Assembly: GCA_964016885.1 (NCBI GenBank)
Contig: OZ024745.1
Location: 114,514,001 to 114,578,000, forward strand
Length of the DNA stretch: 64,000 nucleotides
Direction of reading: 5' to 3'
Source of the DNA: Eledone cirrhosa
Lineage: Eukaryota
Shown: positions 13,822 to 27,111 of the stretch, piece by piece
Layout: the number at the start of each line of letters is the position of its first letter
Position numbering within the stretch: position 1 is the stretch's first letter
Notes under the pieces: model-generated
Seen by the model: the letters and a program-made list of their open reading frames with translations, nothing else
Told to the model about the DNA's origin: nothing
Databases searched by the model: none
Program-made: the position numbers and the translations under genes

Positions 13822-14296
13822 CGAGAATGTTCGGCAAATGTCGGCAGTTTAATATTGGCCTACGAAAATTATCGAAATTTACCGACAAATTTGTGTACTT
13901 CTTCATTTGTTATTGTTGAACTACTACTACTATTGCTTCTACTATTATTACATCTAACCACACAGCAACATTGCCAACGGAACTCACTTAGTGATAGTTG
14001 GCGAAGGAGTAAATTAAACTGTTTATCTATCTCTATCCATTGATAGATAGACAGACGGAAGTAATAAGACAATTAATTGTACGGATGATGGTAAACGTGA
14101 TCAACGAAAACAGCTCAGTATTAAGAAGAACAGAATCAGTCAATATCTAACTGATATTTCTTTACACAAATATTACGGATGAATATGAGTTTCCTACACA
14201 TCTGGAAAATATATTCTTTATTATATGTCACAATTATCGAAATCTGTTGATGTAACTAATGAAAAAATAACGTTGTTAACTTATGTCGAGCAATTG

Positions 14297-14519
14297 ATAT
14301 ATATATATATATATATATATATACTTACATATACATACAATATATATATATATACATATATGTATATATATACTTACATATACATACGATATATATATGT
14401 ATATACTTACATATACTACGATATATATATATATACATACGATATGTATGTATACATACACACATACATACGGTATATATAATACATATATATATACATT
14501 AATTTATATATACACACAC

Positions 14520-14570
<51 letters not shown>

Positions 14571-14907
14571 CCATACACACATAGTGCGTAGTTAAAAATA
14601 AAACTGATGATAATGGTGAATGTAAAAAAATAATTCGGCTTCTTTGATTTACCGAAACGAAAAAATTTCGTTTTAACGTGGATTTTTAATACACCTCAGA
14701 AAATGAATTATGTACATAAACTTGGATTTATATATATTAATATATTTTGGGGCATTATAATGAGGATTCTATTCTTGCGTGGATTTATAACTCCATTTCC
14801 ACACACACACATATATAATATTCATTATATATACATATATTATATATCATACATTATATACACAGACACACATATAGACATGTATATCTGTGGCACGTCT
14901 ACATCGC

Positions 14908-14957
<50 letters not shown>

Positions 14958-15259
14958 TACATGTATGTATATACACAGGGGTGTGTGTCTGTGGTGTGTC
15001 TACGTCGCTTAAAACGATGGTCTTTATTTGTCTTGTTAGCAGCTCAAAAAATAGAGTTCTTTGAAATAAGTACTGGAGTCGATATTATCAACCAAACCCT
15101 TGAAAGCGATGCCCCAGTATGATCGCAGTTAAATAACTGAAACCAGTAAAAGAAAAGAACGTGTTCACAGTTGTATAATACATTTATAATGAAATTTTCA
15201 GACTAGGAAACAAAATACGCTTAACTCAAGAAATAATTTCATTTTAATGGCACGTGTAT

Positions 15260-15291
<32 letters not shown>

Positions 15292-15292
15292 C

Positions 15293-15344
<52 letters not shown>
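14297..15344. repeat. Block of (TA)n/(TACA)n microsatellites upstream of the EGR promoter
   Basis: Direct inspection. Source of several spurious Y/I-rich ORFs. Confidence 0.9.
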
Positions 15345-15346
<2 letters not shown>

Positions 15347-15537
15347 CAGTATCCACGCTAAAATGGAACTTATTCGTTTCGGTTATTGAAGAAAGCCAGG
15401 TTATATTCTACATTCACCATTATCGTTGGTTTCATTTTTAACTGCGCACCAGCTGTCTATATCCCCCCTCTCTCTCCCTCTCTTTGTCTGTCTGTCTCTC
15501 TCTCTCCATTCGCATTATGTCTCTCTCTCCCTCTCTT

Positions 15538-15573
<36 letters not shown>

Positions 15574-15599
15574 GAGAGAGAGAGAGAGTTGTGCTGACG

Positions 15600-15970
15600 T
15601 TTCCAACAACGCGTGTCCCAGTTCGAATTACAGTACAGCCTGCTTTTGAAATTAATATGCAAATGACTGACCATTCTACATACAAGTGCCTCTTTACGTA
15701 ATTCTCAGGGATGCAGAACTGTCAACTCTTTCACCCACTTTTCATGGTACTCCCCGTTTGGGTTTTCAGAACTAGGCAGGTCTGGGGGTGACACAGTGTG
15801 ACAATGGATCCCCTTTAAACTACAGGTAGAGTTTATTATTTTTCCAGCTGAGTGGACTGGAGAAACGTGAAATAAAGTGTCTTGCTCAAGGACACAACGT
15901 GCTGCCAGGAATTGTACTCATGTCCTCACGGTCGTGACCCAAACACTCTAACCGTTGAGCTATGCACCTT
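15600..15970 (-). mobile_element. tRNA-derived SINE (family B, CORE/MIR-like box)
   Basis: Reverse complement contains GTGTCCTTGAGCAAGACACTTTATTTCACGTT..CCAGTCCACTCAGCTG. The 3' part is similar to 58440-58600. Confidence 0.7.
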
Positions 15971-15999
15971 TACACACACACACACACATATATATATAT

Positions 16000-16036
16000 A
16001 ATCCTTGATATACGCTTAAAAATACAGGGTAATTCG

Positions 16037-16094
<58 letters not shown>

Positions 16095-16182
16095 TACTCC
16101 AGCCACGGTGATCCATGGCTGTTGTGTTTTTTATCAGTGTCATTCCGAATTACCCTGTATTTGTAAGCGTATATCAAGGATT
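16000..16182. repeat. Inverted repeat (41-bp arms, 1 mismatch) enclosing (TA)n/(GA)n
   Basis: AATCCTTGATATACGCTTAAAAATACAGGGTAATTCGGAAT (16000-16040) versus 16142-16182. Confidence 0.85.
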
Positions 16183-17750
16183 ACATTGGGATTTTGGCTG
16201 TTATTTCTAACAGTTTCAGTAACACTGAAAAATCCACCTTGAAATGAAAACAATGTTCTTAACATAAATGAGTTCTAGATTTATTGCATCTATATGGCAA
16301 AGATCAACCTCTACTTCAAACATACTTAAAGAAAGATGTCCAGATAATTTTCAAACACCACACAATTAATGATTTTTAAAAAATGCGAAGGCTAGATATG
16401 TAGCGAAATCTATCCACACATACAAACCCCTAAACAACCTGGGGTGCTGGTTTTCTTTATCTCGGGTTGGTGACTGTAGTCTAGAGAAACTGGCCAACTT
16501 GGAGTTAAATGAGGTAAGATTTTGTTAAAGCCATTCTGCTCTCGTTTCTCAGAAGAGACAGACATCACAGGGAGTTGCTCTAGCAAGGAGAGATGTAACG
16601 CTTAACCAAACACTCCAGCCCTATCGGCAGGGTTGGCTACTTCGATAAAGGTTAGTTCAGTGCATCTGGTCAGACTACTCCGGCATTCACGCAAACCAAC
16701 CACACAAACATGGTTCCTTGTTTTCCTATTTTGTCAACAATAGTTTCGACGTAAGTTATTTTCTTAATAAAATTCTTAAAGTAACTATCTTTGTTATTGT
16801 CCATCGCATATTGTAATGGCAGTCTTTCAACTACTGACTATGGCAACGAGTACAACCACACATCTCGTCTCACTGAGACACACACACTCAATTCATTTGC
16901 CATAAGTCATAACTTTCTACTATAACAACCTGCCACGCCACAATAAACATAAACCACCAAACAACGGATCAATATCAATTCTTCTCACCACCAACAAAAA
17001 CATAATAAAATCCACATTGCTACAGATATACATATTTATAATTTACAGAAGATGGACTCTCATAAGATCACCAACGAATTCGTCCGTATTGCATTAGAAA
17101 TATTACATAACAACCTTATTACTTAAGATGCTGTCTGATGAAGTCGTGTTGGTGGTTGCCATATATATATATATAGAGAGAGAGAGAAATGGACACCCAA
17201 AAAGGAACTTTGCTTCTGAATAAATGCCGTTTACCCCGATTCGTAATCGGTTTCGGCACATTTCAGGAGCACTCGATCCACGGGCAAAGTGTATAAAGAA
17301 AAACGATGAAGTTTTGTTTACATGTGTGCGTGTATGTAAGACTCGTAGCTAAGTGGTAAGAGAATTGGATTCGCAATCGCGAGGTTGTGAGTTCGATTCC
17401 TGGGCCGGGCAATGCGTTATGTCCTTGAGCAAGACACTTTATTTCACGTTGTTGCTTCTACAGTTGCGACCGATAGATAGTATTAGCAATTAGAAAGACC
17501 ATCGGAAACATTGTTTCCTCGGTCCGATTTGACGAAAGTCGATCGACTGTCGATATATGTAAAGAGTCATAACTATATGCCACCAAGCATGTCCAACTCT
17601 CTACCGATATATATATTATTCAAGTGAAGAAAGTTGATTGACCAAATAATCCACCGACTTTAGTCATAAACAGACGTAAAGCACTCAACGACTTGTATTC
17701 CTTAATGTATTATCCATAAGGTATCAACTGGAGTGTCAATATTATAAAGA

Positions 17751-17954
17751 GAGACGGTTTTTAACGTACATCCTCTGTTTATTATATTATCCTGCTATAC
17801 GTATTTCGAAGACGTTAAAGTGATTGCATAATAACCCTGTGACATGTTCTCTTCAGACAAGTGCAAAGTTGTAGTGGTTTTGGCAAAGATGCAATCATTT
17901 CGACGTTGTCAAAATACATATAACAAATAGAGGATGTACATTTAAAACCGTCTC
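17751..17954. repeat. Imperfect inverted repeat (about 70-80-bp arms) containing a hammerhead motif
   Basis: GAGACGGTTTTTAACGTACATCCTCT... / ...AGAGGATGTACATTTAAAACCGTCTC, with inner pairing TGATTGCAT/ATGCAATCA. Confidence 0.8.
17791..17861 (-). ncRNA. Type I hammerhead ribozyme motif with palindromic stem/loop III (Penelope-like type)
   Basis: Minus strand reads CTTGT-CTGAAGA-GAA...TTC-GAAA-TACGTA-TA-GCAGG. Stem I is 5 bp with two G-U pairs. Lies inside an inverted repeat. Confidence 0.55.
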
Positions 17955-17959
17955 ATATA

Positions 17960-18121
17960 CAGTGAAAATCCGTTATAACGAAATTCGCAGGTTACAAAAA
18001 AAGTTCGTTGCAATGAAAAATTCTTCATAACGAGATCGACCGAAACAAATCGAGGGAGTGAAAGAAATTTTGTTATACTGAAAAATTCGATATGGTATTC
18101 GTTATAACGGAATTTTACCTA
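17960..18121. mobile_element. Tigger/pogo-like MITE
   Basis: TA-CAGTGAAAATCCGTTATAACGAA ... TTCGTTATAACGGAATTTTACC terminal inverted repeats with internal CGTTATAAC-like repeats. Confidence 0.65.
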
Positions 18122-19924
18122 TATAGATATGTGTGTGTGTAATATGTATGTACCTATAGTAAAATGATTTTCTCTCAACAAACCGGAAGTAGATCTCAGT
18201 TAAAATAAGGTACTCAATACTTCACGTAGGGAGGGTACTTAATTTCAATTAAAATAAAAGTCACTTCTGAGAAACTGTAGAAATCATCAGGAATGTCAGA
18301 CATTCTTTAGTCGATTTGCTACATAATATGGGTAGTGTCCGAGGAGGAGAGTGACAAGGAGAGGGTTTGATTGTAAGTGGGGTAACTGTGGTGGCGGTAT
18401 CTTTAGGTTGTGGCAATGGTGGTTGTGAACATGATGGAATGAAGGGTTAAGATAAAGTGGTAGGAGGGCGCTATTATAGAAGTGATAAAGAGACGGTTGT
18501 GATGGTGGATCGGGGGGGGGGGGGGTAGAGGTTTATTTAGATAGGGTGTTTGTGATGATAAATGTGTGTAATGATGCCGTGCTATGAGGATGTTGATCTT
18601 AAATAAACAGTTGAGGATAATGGAAATAAAGTCGGGTAAGTGAATGTTTCCGCGGGTAGGCGGCGGGGTGCCTTGATCAGACTAGCTTATGGAGATGGGA
18701 GCTGGGGAATAAACAGCAAATTCTGATCACATGTCTTAAGCTGATGAATAGAAAAATACAGAAGTTATAAGAACATCTTTGGTGTGTGTGTGTGCATGTG
18801 TCAGATAGGTAGACATACATACATACATACATACACACATACATACATAGATAGATACAAACTGACAGACAGGCAAGCAGACAGATAGGCGCGCGCACAC
18901 ACACACATACATACAAACAGACTAAGAGACAGGTAGACTGACAGATACATAGATAAAATGTGAATCTGTCATTTTATCAGATCCATATTTCCTGAAATTC
19001 CAAATGGCAATTCAATCACATAGGTTTAAGGCGAAATTGCTCCAGGTCCGCCAGTAGAAGATAAAAGATTTGGCATAGGGGCGATAATTCAGTCAGTTGT
19101 TTCCTCTTCGCGAATAGTAATTATATTTGATGAATGAGTGAGTACATAGAGGCGTAAGTTTGGAAGGTGGAGAGTTTTCAGGAAAGCAGGGGTTTGAGTG
19201 CCAATAACGGGTATGTAAAGGATGGGGTGGAGGAACGCACCGAGAAAAACGTTTAAAAAAGTGAAATGATAGGAGGGCAGGTCCCTATCACAATGGGTTT
19301 GTGGATGGTTCGGGTTAGGGATATAGTTTGTAAAAAGAATTTTCCTGAATCGAGGGAAAGTTGTGAACAATCTATCCATTTTGAAATTGTTAAAGATTTC
19401 AGTGGCACGAATCGTACATCTCCTCGTGGTTCGCTAATGTCGTGGAGTTAAAAAGGACGTGTGTTTAATAAAGCCATAGATTTTTTTGTTCCTGGTGTCC
19501 ATTCTGCTGTTTTATTCAATATATCTGATGTCGCTTTTGAATCAAAATACTTTTTAGTTCCTCTCACAAACGCATTCACATGCACACATTATACACTTCC
19601 ACATTCACTCGCATACAGACAGTGCGAGTTGAAACGTTTTAAATAGGAAGTTTGTTTTTAGTTCGCGAAATGGTTGACTAGCTATTTTTAAATAATTTCA
19701 AATTTCTTTAAAAAAAATTGTGGAGGTACTTATTTTGTATTTGACGAAGTATTTTAATGACGTATTGACATTTATTGGTTGTTTGTTATCTAATAATTTC
19801 AGTCTGTTTTGTTTTTTTGTAATATTACTTTTTTGATAAACATGTACATCAATGGCATCCAGTCCATAACACATTCTGACAGCAGGGGGCTTGCAAGTAC
19901 CTCCACTCTCTTCTGTGTAATCTT

Positions 19925-20500
19925 TTATGGCACCATACCCGAATAGTAGCGTTTCCATCCGCCCAATCTACAGTACCAGAGCCAAGGAACTTTGTTGAGG
20001 AAACCCCGACTATATGTTAGCCGGTAGCATCTGGCCTACTTCACTAGTTCCTGCTCTTTGCCTGTAAGGGTTATAACGTTCCAGTTACCAATTCTCAGGG
20101 TCTTCTTCTCCCTTCCGGGCCCATTCTGGGGCCTCGAGATACGTATCCGTTGTGCTTCCAGACCACGCCTCTCAAGACATGTCGCAGGCCTATCGCCAGT
20201 TCCTGCAGCGTTGGGCAGACACTGCTATATTTTTTTAACAGGTCCCTCTAACTAAGGCCTGAAAACGTGCCTTTTGCACGAAGGACGATGCGGTATGGAT
20301 GTCTTTATTGTTTCAGGCCATATTGCACTGTTTTAGTGGTTTCATTCGCGCCAATCACCAATTTAGTAATTTTTTCAGACCCACGAAGAGTAGCCATTTT
20401 TAGAAGCGGACTTAACCACTGGGTTATGAGAGTTTTGTATGTATTCTTAAGGCTAAAAAGTGAGTCTTGTTACTCTGGAGTTTCGCCTCCCTGTGATTGA
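19925..20500 (-). mobile_element. RTE-clade LINE 5' fragment (APE endonuclease N-terminus)
   Basis: Minus frame KTLRIGNWNVITLTGKEQELV*...IVGVSSTK..GSG..GWK..YSG, with stops and frameshifts. Confidence 0.7.
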
Positions 20501-20889
20501 CAGAGTAACAAGAGAGAGAGAGAGATTGATACATTCATATGTTCGTGTCGTGTTTATTTGTTATTTAGTTTAATTACAACATTGTTTTGTACAAGAATGT
20601 TCTATTTTTATGAATACAGTTTCGGATTGTACGACTTCCGTAACACCTCTTTAGCACAAATATCACACATTTAATCTGGCTTCAATTTATTTCAATGTTC
20701 TTATTTTGAGAAAGTTTGATCGCTTATTCGGCTGTTTTTCTCTTGTTTTTCTTCATTTATCTCACACAGCAAATATCTACTCTAGTTGTTAAGTAAATTA
20801 CTTAAATGTGTCCTGGTTTTAAATAAATATTTAGTTGACTACATCTGTGTAAATGTATGTGTGAGTATTTATATTTATATTATGTGTTG

Positions 20890-21101
20890 CTACTGCTGCT
20901 GTTACTACTACTACTACTGCTACTACTACTACTACCACCAACACCACTACTACGACCAACAACACCATCACCACTTCTACCATTAGCATCACTACCACCA
21001 CCGCAATCACCATTACCACTACTACTACTACTACTACTACCACCAATACCACTACTACGACCAACAACAACACCGCCACTTCTACCACTACAATTGCTAC
21101 C

Positions 21102-21135
<34 letters not shown>
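20890..21135. repeat. (ACT/ACC)n trinucleotide complex repeat with an internal higher-order duplication (~120 bp)
   Basis: CTACTACCACCAAYACCACTACTACGACCAACAAC occurs near 20930 and near 21035. Confidence 0.85.
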
Positions 21136-23258
21136 GCAACATGTGTTTCCACTGTATTCCATAGGCTTGGCTCTATGATGAGAATTTTTGGTATGGCGTA
21201 AAATATCAGAAAGCAATTGATAAGCTGATAAATAATAAGTAAACTTATTCTACTAGTAAATCCTCATTGTCATCAGGAGGGGCAGACAGTTTTACGATGC
21301 CTATCATTATCATATGTCGTGTAATACCATTTCACCCACACAGGCCACTATGACTAGTAGGTTGTCTGCTGACCTATATATATATATATATAAACGGAAA
21401 AAATGAAACGAAATTTACTTATATATATATATATATATACGCATTTCTAAACTCACGATATTCTCACCCCGTATCCTTTTCAACTCCAAGGCTATATCTG
21501 GTTACGTAATGACGTAGTTAACGAAACCTGCTTGCAGTCGTCTGACCAGAAAGTTTGTTATTATTGTTAAGAGGGGGTGTTTTCTCTTTAAATGGGGTCT
21601 CCTCTGAATATTCGTAATCGTTGATTCATTATCACGAATTGATATTTGTTATTCATTTATTTCTTTTTATATATATTATACGTGTGTGTGTGTGTGTGCG
21701 TGTGTATTTGCCACACCCAATACATGTTTACTTGGAATATCCTTTTGGTACCCATATAGAATATAAAAAAGCTTTTGTTGTTTATGTGGCCTGCCTATTT
21801 TTGTAGCTGACATTTCAGCAGTTGATTTGTATATCTAGTTTCCTAAGTAATATTCCATCTCGAATTATAATTCCAACGATGTAATGTTATGTAATACACG
21901 TGAGTCTCGGCCTTGTGTGTGTGTGAATACATGTGATCTTTTATAAGGCTAATATTATTTAATAGAGTTAATTTCGGTGACATCTTTCAATGATTGGGGA
22001 ACACACAAAACAAAAAATCAAAAACAAAACCATTTAAAAATATTTACTCTCGGAAACACAGAAGAGGATGTACCAGTTTATAAATACATAAAGAATGACG
22101 TTTCCAAACGTTTAATTGCCGCCCACTTGAAAAAACAAATGAAAACACTATAAATATATACTATTAATAGAAATAGTGATAATAGATTAAATAAACAAAT
22201 AATTTTGTAAGACAAAGAGGAAAGACAAAAACGAATTAAATCTGACAAAACGCCCACAAGTTAAAAGTGTACACATCTACAATACTTAAGACCCATCAGT
22301 GCAGAGTTCAACAATGAAAGGATCCTAACTCCGTTCCCGCACCACCGACAGGATTCAACTTCAAAGATGGATGAGTTGCGCAACGTAGTACTTTTCCTAC
22401 TATTATATCATGAATAACTATACGGAATGTATTCATTTAAGCTTGGTGGTTCACCAAGCTTAAATGTGTGTATATACATATATATATATATATATTTTTT
22501 TTTGATAATGCATAAAAATGCTGAAACCGGTAATAGACAATTATTAAATATATAAATAGATAAATAAATGCCATTGTTAATTAATAAATAAATCAACTAA
22601 TACCTTAACACTTCACACAAAGTAAAATATTTCGTTTTAATCATTTTCTAACCTAGAAAAAAAGGAGAGAAAGAAATAAAAAGGGAAAAGAAAATACTTT
22701 TCTTCCTAATAATCGTCTCTTTCTCCCTGTTTTCATATATATATATATGCATGTGTGTGTGTGTGTGTGTGTGTCTACAGTCAGTTGCTATAAAATAGAT
22801 GATAAAAATCGGGTATAGACCTTTAGAGACAAACCTTTTATGTAATACATTGTATTTAAATTAATTAATGAAGAATTTAGAGGTATTTACTAATTATTAT
22901 TAAGATAGTATTTTCTGTAAAGGTTCCTATAGAAAATTATGTTGGAATTTTTTTTATTTAAATAGAAACACATGGATGGTTTTGTTCCATAGAATGAGAG
23001 GCGGTTTTAGATGAGTTAGTATCAAAAGATTTTATGTTACCTAGCGAAAATTGAATATCGAAACAATGCAGCAAAGAAACAATCAAAAGAAAACACCAGA
23101 TGATTATAAAAACATTTCAGTTAGTTATAGAATGTCAATAAATACATTGGAATTGCGTTAGGGATCCAAGTTGCAGAACACTGAGTGTAATATCAAGAAA
23201 TATCAGTTTTGTATTTTTAAATGGTTGAAATTATTCTTTCATTGTGTCTTTGTTTCAG

Positions 23259-23337
<79 letters not shown>

Positions 23338-23997
23338 TAAAAACAACAGAAGACAGGACTGGAAACTTTAAAGTTTTAATTTTGAGAAAATACTATACGT
23401 ATTTCAATACGAAAATACTATACGTTTTGAGAAAATACTATATGTATTTCAATGAACCAGTTTAATCATCCGATCATAATGCAAGACATGCGATTCCATC
23501 AGGTGTTGATTGCAGAATTAGTTATATATGATAACAGGATTACGGCGATCACAAACAGAGAATAGACAATATATTTGGTTCGGGGATGGGCTACCTATAC
23601 ACACCTAAAGCAATCACATACAGCAGCACTAACACTCATCAACGCATGCACATGCTTTTCTCTCTCTCTCTCCCACCCATTTCCTGTTCTTTTCGAATGA
23701 AAGACTAACGTCCGAAACGTTACAGACATTCGTATCTACCACTTTATACTTTAAACTCATACCCTATCTTATTTCTTTGTTTTCTATTGTCCTGATGAGG
23801 ACACAATAACGTTTAAAATGGAGGCATAAAAACAATCTATATTTTTCTCTGTACTGAGGAATAGTGGAAAGTGTTTACATTTCATTGTTTATTCTTTTCA
23901 CTAATGATTCTAATATTCTAATTTCAGAAAATGGTAATTATACGTATGTTAAATTTCCCCAAAAGTCAAATATTTATGCGTTCTAGCATAAATATTC

Positions 23998-24048
<51 letters not shown>

Positions 24049-25945
24049 CCGGGCGTATAATGAAGTGTAATGTAGTTTAGTAAAGTACTCAAACTGTGGA
24101 AAGAGTGTATTACGTTAACTTATTGTGTAATTTTGATACAATTATCTCGGATCTTTCAAATGTCGTCAAAATAGTGAAAGATCTGGGAAAGAATTCTTCA
24201 ATTATACCTAAATGACACCACAGGTGATATATATATATAACGATTCCACCTGTGTACATATTCTTCTATGGACTATGTATTTGGTAAATATACAATATAC
24301 TGTGTTTCTTATACGATATATGGCTCTTTCTCTATATACACAAACATATATATATATATACATAGTCATACACACACACATACAGTGTGCGTGCGCGCGC
24401 GCGAACACGCATGTGCAGTAAGACGATGTAAGACATATTTCCGTTTTTTCGGAACAGTTGTAGGCTGTCGTTAAGTTGCGTAACTAAATGAGCGCAATTT
24501 ACGGAGTTTGAGTTAAATGACATTATTCTGCTTGTTTTTCATAACATCTGTATAATTCAATTTACATCTAGGATACATTGCAGAAATATAAACTGACCAC
24601 AGTACTTGGCTGGTGTTTTAAATTATCAATAAAGGGATAATTGTTGGCTTTGTGCCTAAATTAGAAACCATTAATCTTTATCATGTTCAGTAGAAATATT
24701 GGTTTCTGATTTAGACACAAGGCAAAACAATTTTGAGGGATGGGAAAGTCGATTAAATCGACACCAGTGTGTTACTGGTACTTTATTTCATCGACCCGTT
24801 ATGGATGAAATATAACATTAATATATTTATTCACATGTGACACACGTTTCGCGATCGATCAGCTCGGGGTATCGGTGGTACCATCGAATCTGGAATCGAT
24901 ATATGCGTGTGTGTGTCTTATTCTCTGTTTACCTTTTATTGTGTTGAAAATGCCTTTGTTATGGTTAAAAAAAGCAAATGAATCATTCTTGGATGAAACT
25001 ATATATTCAATCATCCGAAGCAAAGATAGACAAAACTCGTCTCTAGTCTTCGAGAAATCTTCAGATTTCTCGGATTGCTTATGTCTACAATGAATGCCAT
25101 TTTAGGACAAGGCATGAACGTCACAATATAACTCCGCCACACACCCGATAAGAATTGTAATGTTTATGTAAGAATGTAGTAGAAGTATTTTTGCTATTGA
25201 TGTCATTGGAAAATACATGTATGTTACCGCTTCCCTAAATATATCAGGCTTCGTAAAGAAAGTATTATTATTATTTCATAAGAATTATCATCAATTATTG
25301 CGGCAATTAAAGTAATTTCCATCATTATTATTGTTGTTACCGCCACAATTGTTATCGTCATCGCCATTCAAATATCATAGATTTAACCCAATAATTCCTC
25401 AAGCTACGATATGAAAACAATGTGTGTGTGTAAACAAACATTTTAAAATGAACCACTCGCTATTTAGGCCATAGCGGTTACAAAAGAGCACAATGATGTT
25501 GTGTAACACCAACTTAGGCTTGATCAAAGTTATTAGACCATTTCGTCTTGTTTTCAGACATTAACCAATGTGAACTACATTTTATCTGACGGTAGTAGGT
25601 GATTTAAAGAAAATGTTGCTGCTATTTCTAGTAGGTCGAATAGGCACTCCCTCGCAAAATGGTGTAATTACAGAAGCAAAGAACATTCTAGTCGGCGATA
25701 GTTTTCACTAGTTCAACTGTCTAAATTCTGAAGTTCCCACGCTATGAAGTGCTTCCCACCTGACGTCATTGTAACCGAACATGATATAAATAAATCGTTA
25801 TAAAGGTAATAATTCATTCGAGTATTAGAATAACCTCCTTTTCTATTTTATTTTATTTTATTTTTTCAATTGAACCGTGAAATGTCAACCTAACGACGTA
25901 AAATAGTATTTGTGTAATATTACGTATGTTACATTGTGTAAATAG

Positions 25946-26010
<65 letters not shown>

Positions 26011-26400
26011 CGAATACTGTTGGCTTTTTGCTACAATGTTTTCTATACCTTTCATTTATATATATATATATATATATATAAAAGATGAAAGGCGGGATTT
26101 GAACTCAAGGGCGATAAAAAAGAGTACTAATCCAGTGTTGGGTCACTTCTCTCTCTCTCTCTCTCTCTCTCTCGTTTTGAATATTGTGATGTCTGTCTAG
26201 CAGTGCATGATAGTGGACGCTTGACTGTCCAACAACCCCCACCGGTCCTCCCACATAGTACATAGTATATATATATTATAATCTATAATATATATATATA
26301 TATACACACACATACACTCACAAAAGAACACACAGGCATAAACACACACAAGTGAACATACCAACACTCTTAAACACTTTTTTTTTTGTTGAATCATCAA

Positions 26401-26484
26401 GTCTGACGAGCAGATCGATGCTGGTGTCGAATCCATAGCCTCCATAGGTGATTTTGAGCCAGTCATCTGTGAAACGTATGTAAC
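26401..26484 (+). ncRNA. Hammerhead-like motif (partly decayed)
   Basis: CTGACGA-GCAGAT...ATCTGT-GAAA-CGTATG-TA. Long stem II, but only about 2 bp of stem I remain. Confidence 0.45.
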
Positions 26485-26813
26485 AGATCGATAATCTATA
26501 AAAACATGTAAACGAAACTCCATCGTATTTTTCTTTATATACTGTATATATATATATATATTATATTTCCGTGGGTACTTAGTACCTACTGGAGTATTTA
26601 TATCATTTATATGTATTCTCCTTCTATGTAGAGAAAAAAATGTTGTATCGTGCTGCTATTTTTAGTAACATGAAATATCAACAAGTCTATAATTCCCGCT
26701 TTTTCTTACGGCCTATTTATGTGTGGGTCACTTTAACGGCCTGACCTCATGCATCGGGCAGAAAGCGATATATTTACTAACTACGGGGCTTTGTGCCCTG
26801 TAGTATGGAAATA

Positions 26814-26893
26814 GCTGTCTGAAGAGCTGATTCTTTCCATTGGAAATTCTCTGAATTTCCAATCTTTTGATAAGCGAAACCGTCGGTCATGGC
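26814..26893 (+). ncRNA. Type I hammerhead ribozyme motif with intact core and extended stem II
   Basis: GCTGT-CTGAAGA-GCT...AGC-GAAA-CC(GTC)GG-TC-ATGGC. Stem II contains a perfect 11-bp hairpin ATTGGAAATTC/GAATTTCCAAT. GUC cleavage triplet ends at 26888. Confidence 0.65.
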
Positions 26894-26966
26894 ATTAGAA
26901 CAGGTGAATATTTAAATCGTATTTTAATTTATTTAAAAGATTGTTTAATGTTTGCTTGTTCCGCTC

Positions 26967-27028
<62 letters not shown>

Positions 27029-27111
27029 ATAATAATAAATTTGAAGACTAAAATCCAAAGAGGGCTCGATAAGGATAAATATATATCAAATATGTAAGAA
27101 CCGTAGAGCAA

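Noticed and set aside
20786-21201. Ser/Gly-, Val- or Leu/Pro-rich ORFs
   Set aside because: Trinucleotide repeat open in several frames on both strands, with no splice or promoter support.
22119-22259. EGR autoregulatory sites (CGCCCAC cores; also GGGTGGGCG near 31929)
   Set aside because: Only partial matches to GCG(T/G)GGGCG, far from the promoter, and one lies within a probable repeat.
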